NCBI GenBank assembly: GCA_004299215.1 | Contig: SCTD01000210.1 | Span: forward strand, 1 to 24,743 | From: Frankiales bacterium | Lineage (GTDB): Bacteria; Actinomycetota; Actinomycetes; Mycobacteriales; SCTD01 | DNA: 24,743 nt | Direction of reading: 5' to 3' | Shown here: positions 7,779 to 15,994 of the stretch, one piece after another | Position numbering within the stretch: position 1 is the first letter of the stretch | Layout of the letters: each line of letters begins with the position of its first letter | Translations under genes and position numbers: made by a program | Notes under the pieces: generated by a model | Seen by the model: only the letters and a program-made list of their open reading frames with translations | Told to the model about the DNA's origin: nothing | The model's database searches: none

Positions 7779-8509
7779 GGCGACGTCGGGGACAGGCGGC
7801 GGACCACCGTCTCGACCATCGGTGCCACCTGGATCGTCGCGTAGTCGATGAAGTGCGAGGTCTCCTCGACGACCCTCCGCTGGTTGGCGCGGAGCTGGTC
7901 GATGTCCCCGCCGGAGACGTAGAACCGGTGCAGGTCGAGGAAGTCCCGCACGTCCGGCGACGCCTCGGTCACGATGCCGCGGTAACGCGGCGCACCGTCG
8001 GTGAGCGCACGGACGACCTCGTTGCGCACGTAGGACGCGAACGGGTGGCACTCCGCCGTCGTGATCCGGTGCAGCTCGTGCCAGTAGTGGAAGAAGACCT
8101 TCTCGTCCGCGCCCTCCGGCTTGTCGAGCAGCGTGACGATCGACAGCCCGGGAGAGGGCTCCCCCGCCGCCCACGTCATGACGTCGCCGTAGGGCTGCGG
8201 CACCGACTCGCTCACGAGGTACGACGCGCGCTCCGCAGCCGGAGCGGTCACCAGCAGCTGCTCCAGCTCGGGGGCGTCCTGGTAGCTGTCCCGCCACACC
8301 GACACCAGCCCGGCCAGCAGCCGGCCGTCACGCCCCCCGCCGTGCCGCAGGGCGCTGTGCGCCGGGTCGGCGGACTCGACGTGCACGGTCGCGGCGCGGA
8401 CCCCCGGGTTGCCCTGCAGCGCAGGCACCAGCTCGTCGGCTGCCCAGGACGGCAGCGAGCCCGGATCGCTGTCGGCCGTACGCCACAGGGCAGTGCACAC
8501 CTTCTCCAC
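7775..8509 (-). CDS. EthD-like (dimeric alpha/beta barrel) protein
   Basis: ~244 aa from GTG 8509. C-terminal half LLDKPEG...FFHYWHELH...SYVRNEVV...YRGIVTE fits the EthD pattern. Confidence 0.72.
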   Translation of the reverse strand: MEKVCTALWRTADSDPGSLPSWAADELVPALQGNPGVRAATVHVESADPAHSALRHGGGRDGRLLAGLVSVWRDSYQDAPELEQLLVTAPAAERASYLVSESVPQPYGDVMTWAAGEPSPGLSIVTLLDKPEGADEKVFFHYWHELHRITTAECHPFASYVRNEVVRALTDGAPRYRGIVTEASPDVRDFLDLHRFYVSGGDIDQLRANQRRVVEETSHFIDYATIQVAPMVETVVRRLSPTSP

Positions 8510-8543
8510 CCGGCGGACGCTAACGCACCCCGTCGCGCGGAAC

Positions 8544-8557
8544 AAGAACCTGTTCTA
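8544..8557. promoter_or_regulatory. KstR operator
   Basis: AAGAACCTGTTCTA, 1 mismatch to TnnAACnnGTTnnA, in a 59-bp divergent intergenic gap. Confidence 0.85.
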
Positions 8558-8568
8558 GTCTGAGCGCC

Positions 8569-9402
8569 ATGACGCGACCGGTGTGCGTGGTGACGGGGGC
8601 GAGCGCGGGGATCGGCGCCGCCGCCGTGGTGGAGATCGCCCGACGCGGCTACGACGTGGCCCTCACCGGGCGCAGCGCCGAGCGGCTCGAGGAGGTCGCG
8701 GAGCGGTGCCGCGCCGCGGGTGCGACCGCCCGCACGTACGCCGTCGACGTGGCCGAGCTGGACGCGGTCCGCGACCTGGCCAAGCAGCTGCTCACCGACT
8801 GGCCGCGCATCGACGTGCTGCTCAACAACGCCGCGCTCGTGACGCAGCGCCGGCACCTCACGCCCGACGGCCACGAGCAGGTCTTCGCCGTGAACCACCT
8901 GGCGCCCTACCTGCTCACCCGGCTGCTGCAGGAGCGGCTCGTCCAGAGCGCACCGTCGCGGGTCGTGATCGTCGCGAGCGACGCCTACACGTTCGACCAC
9001 CTCGACCCCGACGACTACATGAGCAGCACGCGCTGGAACCCGATGAAGGTCTACGGCCGCAGCAAGCTGTGCAACCTGCTCTTCGCCGCCGAGCTGCAGC
9101 GCCGGCTGGACGGCACCGGTGTCGCGGTCAGTACCGTGCACCCGGGTTTCGTGTCCACCTCGCTCGGCCGTGACAACCGCATCGCCGCCGTCGCGCTGAA
9201 GCTCATCAGGCCCTTCATCCGCACGCCGGAGAAGGGCGCGCGCACCCCGGTCTCCCTCGCCACGGAACCGCTCGGAGCGACCGGCGGTGCGCGCTTCCAC
9301 GTCGACGGCAAGGTGGTCGACCTCGACCCCCGCGCCACCGATCCGGTCATGGCGAAGCGGCTGTGGGACGACAGCGCCCGGCTGGTGGGTCTCGAGCCGT
9401 GA
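8569..9402 (+). CDS. Short-chain dehydrogenase/reductase (retinol-dehydrogenase-like subfamily)
   Basis: 277 aa; TGASAGIG, LLNNAA, VNHLAPYLLT, catalytic YGRSK, HPGFVST. Confidence 0.93.
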   Translation: MTRPVCVVTGASAGIGAAAVVEIARRGYDVALTGRSAERLEEVAERCRAAGATARTYAVDVAELDAVRDLAKQLLTDWPRIDVLLNNAALVTQRRHLTPDGHEQVFAVNHLAPYLLTRLLQERLVQSAPSRVVIVASDAYTFDHLDPDDYMSSTRWNPMKVYGRSKLCNLLFAAELQRRLDGTGVAVSTVHPGFVSTSLGRDNRIAAVALKLIRPFIRTPEKGARTPVSLATEPLGATGGARFHVDGKVVDLDPRATDPVMAKRLWDDSARLVGLEP

Positions 9403-9905
9403 GCCTCGAGACAGAGGTCGAGCAGGCCTTCCACGCCTGCTGGACGACTGGCAGCGTGAACGAGGACTGGGCCGCCTGGCCGGACCACCTCACCGAGGAC
9501 GTGCACTACGTCGAGCGCCACTTCGGCACCATGCACGGCCGCGACGCGGTCCGCGCCTGGATCACCGACCTGATGGTCGTGCGCGCCGACGTGCACGCGG
9601 TGCTGGAGTGGTACGTCGTGAAGGGTCGCCGGGTGATCCTGTCCATGCAGAACCGCTACTACGCAGCCGATCCCGCGCAGCCGCACATCGACTTCGCCGG
9701 CCTCACCGTGCTCGAGTACGCCGGCGACGGGCTCTTCGGCTACGAGGAGGACTACTGGGACCTCGCCGGTGCCAGGACGGCGTACGAGCGCTTCACCGCC
9801 GAGGTGGAGCGCGTCGGCGGGCGGGGCCTGGAGGACGGCCGGCTCGAGCAGCTGCAGGCCGAGCGGCGGGCTGCGACCGAGGCGGTCTTCGCCCGCGGCG
9901 GCTGA
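9399..9905 (+). CDS. NTF2-like / SnoaL_2 family protein
   Basis: 168 aa from GTG 9399 (GTGA overlap with the SDR stop). EDVHYVERHFGTMHGRDAVRAW and LEYAGDGLFGYEEDYWD. Confidence 0.8.
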   Translation: MSLETEVEQAFHACWTTGSVNEDWAAWPDHLTEDVHYVERHFGTMHGRDAVRAWITDLMVVRADVHAVLEWYVVKGRRVILSMQNRYYAADPAQPHIDFAGLTVLEYAGDGLFGYEEDYWDLAGARTAYERFTAEVERVGGRGLEDGRLEQLQAERRAATEAVFARGG

Positions 9906-9911
9906 GGCCGG

Positions 9912-10931
9912 CTACACCAGGTCGGCGAGCTGCTTCATGACCGCCGGGTCCTGGACGCCGCCGAGCAGCAGGGTGGTGACCGGGGACTGCCGCCACAGCT
10001 CGAGCCGCTCGGCGATCCGCTCGATCGGGCCGCACAGCGCGATGCCGTCGCACAGCTCGTCCGGAACGGCCTTGACCGCCCCGTCGCGGTCGCCGGCGAG
10101 GAACAGGTCCTGCACCTTGTGCGCCGCCTCCTCGAAGCCGAAGCGGGAGACGACGTCGAGGTGGAAGTTCTTGTCCTTGGCGCCCATGCCCCCGATGTAG
10201 AACGCCATCGTGAGCTTCACCCAGTCGATCGCCGCCTGCACGTCGTCGTCGACGACGACGGTCACCGGGCAGGCGACCTCGAACCCCGGCTTGGCCGTCG
10301 CGAGCGCGTCGGCGTAGACCGCCGGGGCGTTCTCGACGTGGAAGAAGATGGGCAGCCAGCCGTCGGCGATCTCGCAGGCGAGCGCGACGTTCTTCGGTCC
10401 CTCGGCGCCGAGGAAGACCGGGATCTCCGGGCGCAGCGGGTGGCAGTTCGCCTTGAGCGGCTTGCCCAGTCCGGTGCCCCCCGGGTAGGGCAGCGGGTAG
10501 TGCTCGCCGTCGCTGGTGACCGGCCCCTCGCGCCGCCAGATGTCCCGGCAGATCTGGACGTACTCCCGGGTGCGGGCGAGCGGCTTCGGGAAGGGCACGC
10601 CGTACCACCCCTCGACGACCTGCGGGCCGCTGACGCCGAGGCCGAGCTGCAGCCGCCCGCCCGAGAGCCGGTCGAGCGTCAGCGCCGTCATCGCGGTCGC
10701 GGCGGGCGTGCGCGCCGACAGCTGCACGAGGCCGGTGGAGAGCTTGATGCGCGAGGTGTGCGAGCCGAGCCAGGCGAGCGGCGTGAAGGCGTCGCTGCCG
10801 TACGACTCGGCGGTCCAGACGCTGTCGAACCCGCAGTCCTCGGCGGCCTGGGCGGCGGCGATCTGCTCACCCGGCTGCGGGCCCTGACCGGTCCAGTAGC
10901 CGAGCATCAGCCCGAGCTTGAGGTCGCTCAT
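9912..10931 (-). CDS. LLM-class F420-dependent oxidoreductase, Rv3520c-like
   Basis: 339 aa from ATG 10931 (ATGA overlap with fadE34). LGLMLGYW, VWTAESYGSDAFTPL, LGLGVSGPQVVEGWYG, AEGPKNVALA. Confidence 0.92.
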   Translation of the reverse strand: MSDLKLGLMLGYWTGQGPQPGEQIAAAQAAEDCGFDSVWTAESYGSDAFTPLAWLGSHTSRIKLSTGLVQLSARTPAATAMTALTLDRLSGGRLQLGLGVSGPQVVEGWYGVPFPKPLARTREYVQICRDIWRREGPVTSDGEHYPLPYPGGTGLGKPLKANCHPLRPEIPVFLGAEGPKNVALACEIADGWLPIFFHVENAPAVYADALATAKPGFEVACPVTVVVDDDVQAAIDWVKLTMAFYIGGMGAKDKNFHLDVVSRFGFEEAAHKVQDLFLAGDRDGAVKAVPDELCDGIALCGPIERIAERLELWRQSPVTTLLLGGVQDPAVMKQLADLV

Positions 10932-13105
10932 CGCGCGTCCTCCCGCGGCAGGCCGAGGATGCGCTCCCCGACGACGTTCTTGAGCACCTCGCTGGTGCCG
11001 CCGGCGATGGTCAGGCAGCGGGTGTTCAGCATCGTGTGCGCGAGCTTCGCGGTCCCGGGGTCCGAGAGGTCCAGCCCGTCGGCCCCGCACAGCTCGAAGC
11101 GGAGCTCGGCGGCGTCCTGCTGGTGCCGCATGCCGACCAGCTTGCGCACGCTGCTCGCCGGGCCGGGCTCGGCACCGGAGAGCTGGCGCAGCGTGGTGCG
11201 GAAGCCGAGCAGCGCCTGCCCGTGCGCCTCGCAGACGAGGTGCCCGACGCGGTCGCGGAGGACTCCGTCACCGCCGAAGCCGCCCAGAGCCGCGACGTCG
11301 GCGAGCACGTCCTCGACGCCGCGGCCGAAGGGCGAGCCGGAGCTCATCGCGACCCGCTCGTTGGCGAGCGTCGTGCGCGCCAGCGGCCAGCCGCCGCCGA
11401 CCTCGCCGACGAGGCAGTCGTCCGGCACGAACACGTCGTCGAGGAAGACCTCGTTGAAGGCGGCGTGCCCGGTCAGCTCGCGCAGCGGCCGCACGTCCAC
11501 GCCGGACGTCGTCATGTCCAGCAGGAGGTACGTGATGCCCTTGTGGCGATCCGGTCCCTTGCCGGTGCCGCTGGTGCGCACCAGGAGGATCGCCCAGTCC
11601 GCGACCTGCGCCATGGAGGTCCAGACCTTCTGTCCGTTGACCTTCCAGCCGCCCTCGACCTTCTCGGCGCGGGTCTGCAGCGCGGCGAGGTCGGAGCCGG
11701 CGCCGGGCTCGCTGAACATCTGGCACCACACGATCTCGCCGTGCAGCGTCGGGCGCACGAAGCGCTCCTGCTGCTCGGGGGTGCCGTGGGCGACGATCGT
11801 GGGCGCGGCCCAGCCGCCGATGATGAGGTCGGGCCGCTTCACCCCGGCGGCGGCGAACTCCTCGTCGATGACGAGCTGCTCGACGGCGTTCGCGTCGCGG
11901 CCCCACGGGGCCGGCCAGTGCGGCACGAGGTAGCCGGCGTCCGCGATGGCCCGGCGGTCCTGCGGGTCGATGCCGGCGAGGAACTCCCGCACGGACTCGC
12001 GAAGCGGCGCGGTGTCCGCACCCAGCTCCAGGTCGAGCTGACGACGGGCGCCGCCGAGCGCCAGGTCCGCGGAACGCCCGCGCCACGCGGCCGGGTCGCC
12101 GACGAGCGCCCGCAGCGACAGCGCGCGCTTGAGCACGATGTGCGCGTCGTGCTCCCAGGTGTAGCCGATGCCGCCGAGCACCTGCAGCGCGTCCTTGGCA
12201 TTGTCGAGCGCCGCCTGCACCGCGGTCGCGACGGCGATCGAGATGGTGAGCTCGGTCTCCGGCGAGAGCGGCTCGTCCAGCGCGCGGGCGGCGTCCCAGG
12301 CGGTGGCCCGGGCCTGCTCGGCGCGGACCAGCATGTCGGCGCACTTGTGCTTGATGCCCTGGAAGACGCCGATCGGACGGCCGAACTGCTCGCGGGTCTT
12401 GGCGTAGCCCACCGCCGTCTCGAGCGCCCAGCCGGCGATGCCGGCCGCCTCGGCCGCGACGACGGCGGCGGAGAGCGTGCGCACCGCGTCAGCGGTCAGC
12501 CCGTCCAGCACCCGCTGCTGCGGGACGACGACGTCCTGCAGCGAGACCTCGGCCGGCCGCCGGGTGGCGTCGAGCCCCGACAGCGGCGTGACCGTCGTGC
12601 TCGCCGCCTCGACGACGAACCACGTGTCACCGGCGCCGAGCACGAGCAGGTCGGCCAGCCCCGCGCCGACCACGGGTCGGACCGTCCCGGTCACCGTCAG
12701 GCCGTCGTCGGTGCCCGTCGCGACGAGCTCGCCCGGGACGAGGGCGACGGCCGCGGTCGTCGAGCCGTCCGCGAGGCCCGGAAGCAGCTCCTTGGCCGCC
12801 GTCCCGCCCGCTCGGGTGATCAGCAGGCTCGCGAGCACCGTCGGCAGCGCAGGCCCGTGCGCGAGCGATCGGGCGAGCTCCTCGACCGACACGGCGAGCT
12901 CCACGCCGCCCGCACCCGAACCGCCGAGCTCCTCCGGGACGTGCAGCCCGAGCAGTCCCTGCTCGGCCAGCCCGGGCCACCAGGACGGCCGGCACTCCGG
13001 GCCCTCGAGCGCCTCCCGGGCGGCCGCGCGGACCCCGGCCCGGTCGGCCCAGCCCCGGATCGCGGCAGCCAGCGCCTCGTGGTCCTCGCTCACACCGATG
13101 GCCAT
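10928..13105 (-). CDS. fadE34: Fused two-domain steroid acyl-CoA dehydrogenase (FadE34/ChsE3-like)
   Basis: 725 aa from ATG 13105 with AGGAGG RBS. Two ACAD modules (REQFGRPIGVFQGIKHKCA...GGIGYTWEHD and WCQMFSEPGAGSDLA...TIAGGTSEV). Divergent from kstR as in M. tuberculosis Rv3573c/Rv3574. Confidence 0.88.
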   Translation of the reverse strand: MAIGVSEDHEALAAAIRGWADRAGVRAAAREALEGPECRPSWWPGLAEQGLLGLHVPEELGGSGAGGVELAVSVEELARSLAHGPALPTVLASLLITRAGGTAAKELLPGLADGSTTAAVALVPGELVATGTDDGLTVTGTVRPVVGAGLADLLVLGAGDTWFVVEAASTTVTPLSGLDATRRPAEVSLQDVVVPQQRVLDGLTADAVRTLSAAVVAAEAAGIAGWALETAVGYAKTREQFGRPIGVFQGIKHKCADMLVRAEQARATAWDAARALDEPLSPETELTISIAVATAVQAALDNAKDALQVLGGIGYTWEHDAHIVLKRALSLRALVGDPAAWRGRSADLALGGARRQLDLELGADTAPLRESVREFLAGIDPQDRRAIADAGYLVPHWPAPWGRDANAVEQLVIDEEFAAAGVKRPDLIIGGWAAPTIVAHGTPEQQERFVRPTLHGEIVWCQMFSEPGAGSDLAALQTRAEKVEGGWKVNGQKVWTSMAQVADWAILLVRTSGTGKGPDRHKGITYLLLDMTTSGVDVRPLRELTGHAAFNEVFLDDVFVPDDCLVGEVGGGWPLARTTLANERVAMSSGSPFGRGVEDVLADVAALGGFGGDGVLRDRVGHLVCEAHGQALLGFRTTLRQLSGAEPGPASSVRKLVGMRHQQDAAELRFELCGADGLDLSDPGTAKLAHTMLNTRCLTIAGGTSEVLKNVVGERILGLPREDAR

Positions 13106-13141
13106 CGCGGACCGCCTCCTGCTCGACTCGATGCGGCATAC

Positions 13142-13155
13142 TAGAACAGGTTCTT
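13142..13155. promoter_or_regulatory. KstR operator (fadE34-proximal)
   Basis: TAGAACAGGTTCTT, 1 mismatch to consensus. Confidence 0.85.
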
Positions 13156-13209
13156 GTTCCTGTGCAGTTTCCCCCTGTGCGCGTGACGCGTCTGACAGGG
13201 GGAACGAGC

Positions 13210-13223
13210 TAGAACCGGTGCTA
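13210..13223. promoter_or_regulatory. KstR operator (kstR-proximal)
   Basis: TAGAACCGGTGCTA, 1 mismatch to consensus. Confidence 0.75.
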
Positions 13224-13258
13224 CTTTCTGGCCCAACGAAGCGCGGGAGGCAGACGGC

Positions 13259-13867
13259 ATGGCGATGGCCGGCACGAGCACGACGACCGCGGAGGTCGAG
13301 ACCGCGGCGCAGCGCGACCGTCGCTCCCGCATCGTGCAGGCAGCCCTGGCACTGGCCAGCCGCGGCGGCTACGAGGACGTCCAGATGCGCGAGGTCGCCG
13401 AGCGCTCCGGCGTCGCCCTCGGCACGCTCTACCGCTACTTCCCGTCCAAGGTGCACCTGCTGGTCAACGCGATGGCGCACGACCTCGAGCGGATGAGCAG
13501 CCGGCTGCAGCGCCGCACCATCCCGGGCGAGACGGCGACGGAGCGCGTCGAGTGGGTGCTGGAGAAGGCGACCCGCTCGCTGCAGAAGGATCCCAACCTC
13601 ACCGAGGCGATGATCCGGGCCATGATGGCGGCCGACGCCAGCGTCGCCGTCGAGGTCGCCGCCGTCCGGTCGCAGATGAGCGGCATGATCACCGCCGCCA
13701 TCCGCGGTGACGGGCCCGAGGGCCCCGACGACGCGGAGTACGCCGGCGTCCTGCAGGACGTGTGGTTCGCCCGCCAGATCGCCTGGCTGGGCGGCCGGAT
13801 CAGCAGCGCCGACGTGTGGCGTGACATCGAGTCGGCGATCCGGCTCGTGCTGCGCGAGCACGCCTGA
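13259..13867 (+). CDS. kstR: TetR-family cholesterol catabolism repressor KstR
   Basis: 202 aa; QRDRRSRIVQAALALASRGGYEDVQMREVAERSGVALGTLYRYFPSKVHLLV closely matches the recalled Rv3574 N-terminus. GGGAGG RBS; context of fadE34 and the operators agrees. Confidence 0.92.
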   Translation: MAMAGTSTTTAEVETAAQRDRRSRIVQAALALASRGGYEDVQMREVAERSGVALGTLYRYFPSKVHLLVNAMAHDLERMSSRLQRRTIPGETATERVEWVLEKATRSLQKDPNLTEAMIRAMMAADASVAVEVAAVRSQMSGMITAAIRGDGPEGPDDAEYAGVLQDVWFARQIAWLGGRISSADVWRDIESAIRLVLREHA

Positions 13868-13879
13868 CGCGCTGCCTCC

Positions 13880-15391
13880 CTAGTCCGGGAAGCCCTCCTT
13901 GGCCGTCTTGGTCTTGGTGTCGTAGATCTTGTCCGAGCACCGGTTGCTGCCGGGCGCCTCGGGCAGGAAGCGCACGAACTTGCCCCCGCGTACCTGCACG
14001 ATCTTGGTGCAGCTGGCGAGCTCCTTGCCGCCGACGTCCTGTCCAGGGAACAGCCCGTTGCCGGTGTAGTTGCGCACCTTCGGGATCGTGGCCAGCAGCG
14101 CCTTGCGGGTGGGCTTGGGCCCGATCTCCTTCATCTTCTCCACGAACAGCGCCATCGCGCCCCACGCGAACTGGCCGATGCCGGTCGGCGTCTTCCCGGG
14201 CGCGACCTGGTTGAGCCACTGCGCGTACGTCTGCAGCTCCTTGTTCTGCGCGATCTCCTCGTTGAGCGAGGCGGTCACGGCGATGTAGGTCCCCTCCGCG
14301 GCGTCGCCGGCCTGCTTGATGTAGTCGGGGGTGTAGGCCGTGACCGTGGGCTGCCAGACCTTGGGGGTGTAGCTCTGCGCCTTGAACTCCTTGGCCAGCG
14401 CCGCGGCCTGCTGGTAGGCGCCGGTGAAGGTGACGTACTCGACGCCGCGGCTCTTGAGCTGCCGCACCACGGGGCCGTAGTTCGTCTCGGTGATGCCGAT
14501 GGCAGAGGAGTAGATCCAGTCGTAGCCGAGGATCTTGGTCGTCCCCTCCATGTCCTCCTCCGCCAGCGTGCGGGTGACCTCGCCGTCGATGTAGACGTAC
14601 GCCGCCTTCTTGACGGCCTCCGGGAACGTGTCCTTGGCCCAGCCGAACATGCTGAGGCTGCGCGCCCCGCCGGTGCCCGCCGCGTTGATCGGGAAGGCGT
14701 TCGGCACGACCTTCATCGGGTTGGTCGTCGACAGCCCGCGGATGTCGGGGATGCCGCAGTCCTGGATGACCGGGGCGCCGCCCTGGTCGAAGGCCGAGAC
14801 CGAGCCGGCACCGGCGAAGGACTTCGCGCAGGCCTCGAGACTGGCGCTGCGGTTGGCGCCCGCGTCCAGCCGCGAGTCGAGGGCGAGCAGCTTGAGCTTG
14901 CGCCCGTAGATCGTCCCCTCCCTGGCGGTGAAGTAGGCGACGTAGGCCTTGGCCGCGAGCTGGGCGTCCTCGAACAGGCCGGGCACCGCGCCGCTGATGT
15001 CGCTGACGTTGCTCACGACGATCGTGTCCGCCGTGATGCCCTTGTCCGTCGCACCGCCGTTGCCGCCGGGCGGCGCCGACCGGGTGTCCTTGGCACCACC
15101 GGCAGCCGTCCCTGCGGAGCCCGCGCTGCCGGCCGTGCCCGCGGTGCCCGCCGTGCCGCCCGTCGTGCCACTGATGGCCGGACCGGCCGTCGCAGCTGAC
15201 GTCGCCTCGGGTCCGGCGGCGAGCGGGTCGACCGCCGCCTCACCACCCTCGGCCAGCGAGCTGCCCCCGCCGCCGCCGCCGAACTGCGAGAGCGCCTCGG
15301 AGCGCTGCTCGTCGGACAGCCGTGCCCCGCAGGCGGTGGACAGCAGGGCGGACGCCAGCAGGGCGACGACCAGTCGGTTCGCGCTTCTCAT
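13880..15391 (-). CDS. ABC transporter substrate-binding lipoprotein, Liv/HAAT (periplasmic binding protein type 1) family
   Basis: 503 aa; lipobox-like LLSTAC, long Gly/Ala/Thr tether, GITADTIVV..SDISG..PG, IYGRKLKL...DS motifs. Confidence 0.88.
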   Translation of the reverse strand: MRSANRLVVALLASALLSTACGARLSDEQRSEALSQFGGGGGGSSLAEGGEAAVDPLAAGPEATSAATAGPAISGTTGGTAGTAGTAGSAGSAGTAAGGAKDTRSAPPGGNGGATDKGITADTIVVSNVSDISGAVPGLFEDAQLAAKAYVAYFTAREGTIYGRKLKLLALDSRLDAGANRSASLEACAKSFAGAGSVSAFDQGGAPVIQDCGIPDIRGLSTTNPMKVVPNAFPINAAGTGGARSLSMFGWAKDTFPEAVKKAAYVYIDGEVTRTLAEEDMEGTTKILGYDWIYSSAIGITETNYGPVVRQLKSRGVEYVTFTGAYQQAAALAKEFKAQSYTPKVWQPTVTAYTPDYIKQAGDAAEGTYIAVTASLNEEIAQNKELQTYAQWLNQVAPGKTPTGIGQFAWGAMALFVEKMKEIGPKPTRKALLATIPKVRNYTGNGLFPGQDVGGKELASCTKIVQVRGGKFVRFLPEAPGSNRCSDKIYDTKTKTAKEGFPD

Positions 15392-15421
15392 GTGTGCCTT
15401 CCAGGAGGTGCTGGGGTCAGG

Positions 15422-15994
15422 TCAGGCGCGCTCGAGGACGCCGAGCGGGTCGCAGAGCCGGCAGGGCTGCAGCCCCTCGACCTCGGCGTCGCCGACGGCG
15501 TGCACGTCGTCGCGACCGGTGACGATCGCGCAGTCGGGGCGGTGCAGCATCGAGCCGTGGGCGGTGGCGACCAGGCCGTGCGCGCCGCTGCCGTTGCTCG
15601 AGGCGGCCTTGCGACGGCCCCTCGCCTGCGCGGGAACCGGCTCGGCCGCGCTCGTCCTGAGCTGGGTCAGCTCGGCGCGCAGCTCGCGCACGGCCAGCAG
15701 CAGCTCGTCGTCCCGGGCGCCCTGCTCGCGCGACGTGCGCGCGATCCAGGAGCCGAACAGGACGAAGCCGCCGGTCATCACGAGGCCGAGACCGAGCAGC
15801 CCACCACTGACGAGGTACGGCACCTGCTCGAACAGGTACGGCGTGTGCGACGCGCCGTACCAGCCGAGCAGGACCATCACCAGGCCGAGCGGCAGCAGCA
15901 CCGCAGCCAGCACGGTCATCAGCTGATCGGCGGTCGAGACGCGGTCCCGGAGCCGGGTCGGGCGGGCGTCGGCGAAGGCGTCGGGCTCGGTCAC
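15422..15994 (-). CDS. Two-TM membrane protein with coiled-coil and C-terminal Ada-like metal-binding motif
   Basis: 190 aa; GWYGASHT...[13 protein letters not shown] between helices, [17 protein letters not shown]-terminal LHRPDC...[14 protein letters not shown] overlap with the upstream gene. Confidence 0.8.
   Translation of the reverse strand: MTEPDAFADARPTRLRDRVSTADQLMTVLAAVLLPLGLVMVLLGWYGASHTPYLFEQVPYLVSGGLLGLGLVMTGGFVLFGSWIARTSREQGARDDELLLAVRELRAELTQLRTSAAEPVPAQARGRRKAASSNGSGAHGLVATAHGSMLHRPDCAIVTGRDDVHAVGDAEVEGLQPCRLCDPLGVLERA

Noticed and set aside
10119-13144. Long plus-strand ORFs of 604 aa and 702 aa
   Set aside because: Antisense shadows of the LLM gene and fadE34. High GC3 suppresses stops on the opposite strand, and the translations have no domain motifs.
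13106-13861. N-terminal extension of the 977-aa ORF
   Set aside because: Runs antisense across kstR and the operators; the real fadE34 start is ATG 13105 with an AGGAGG RBS.
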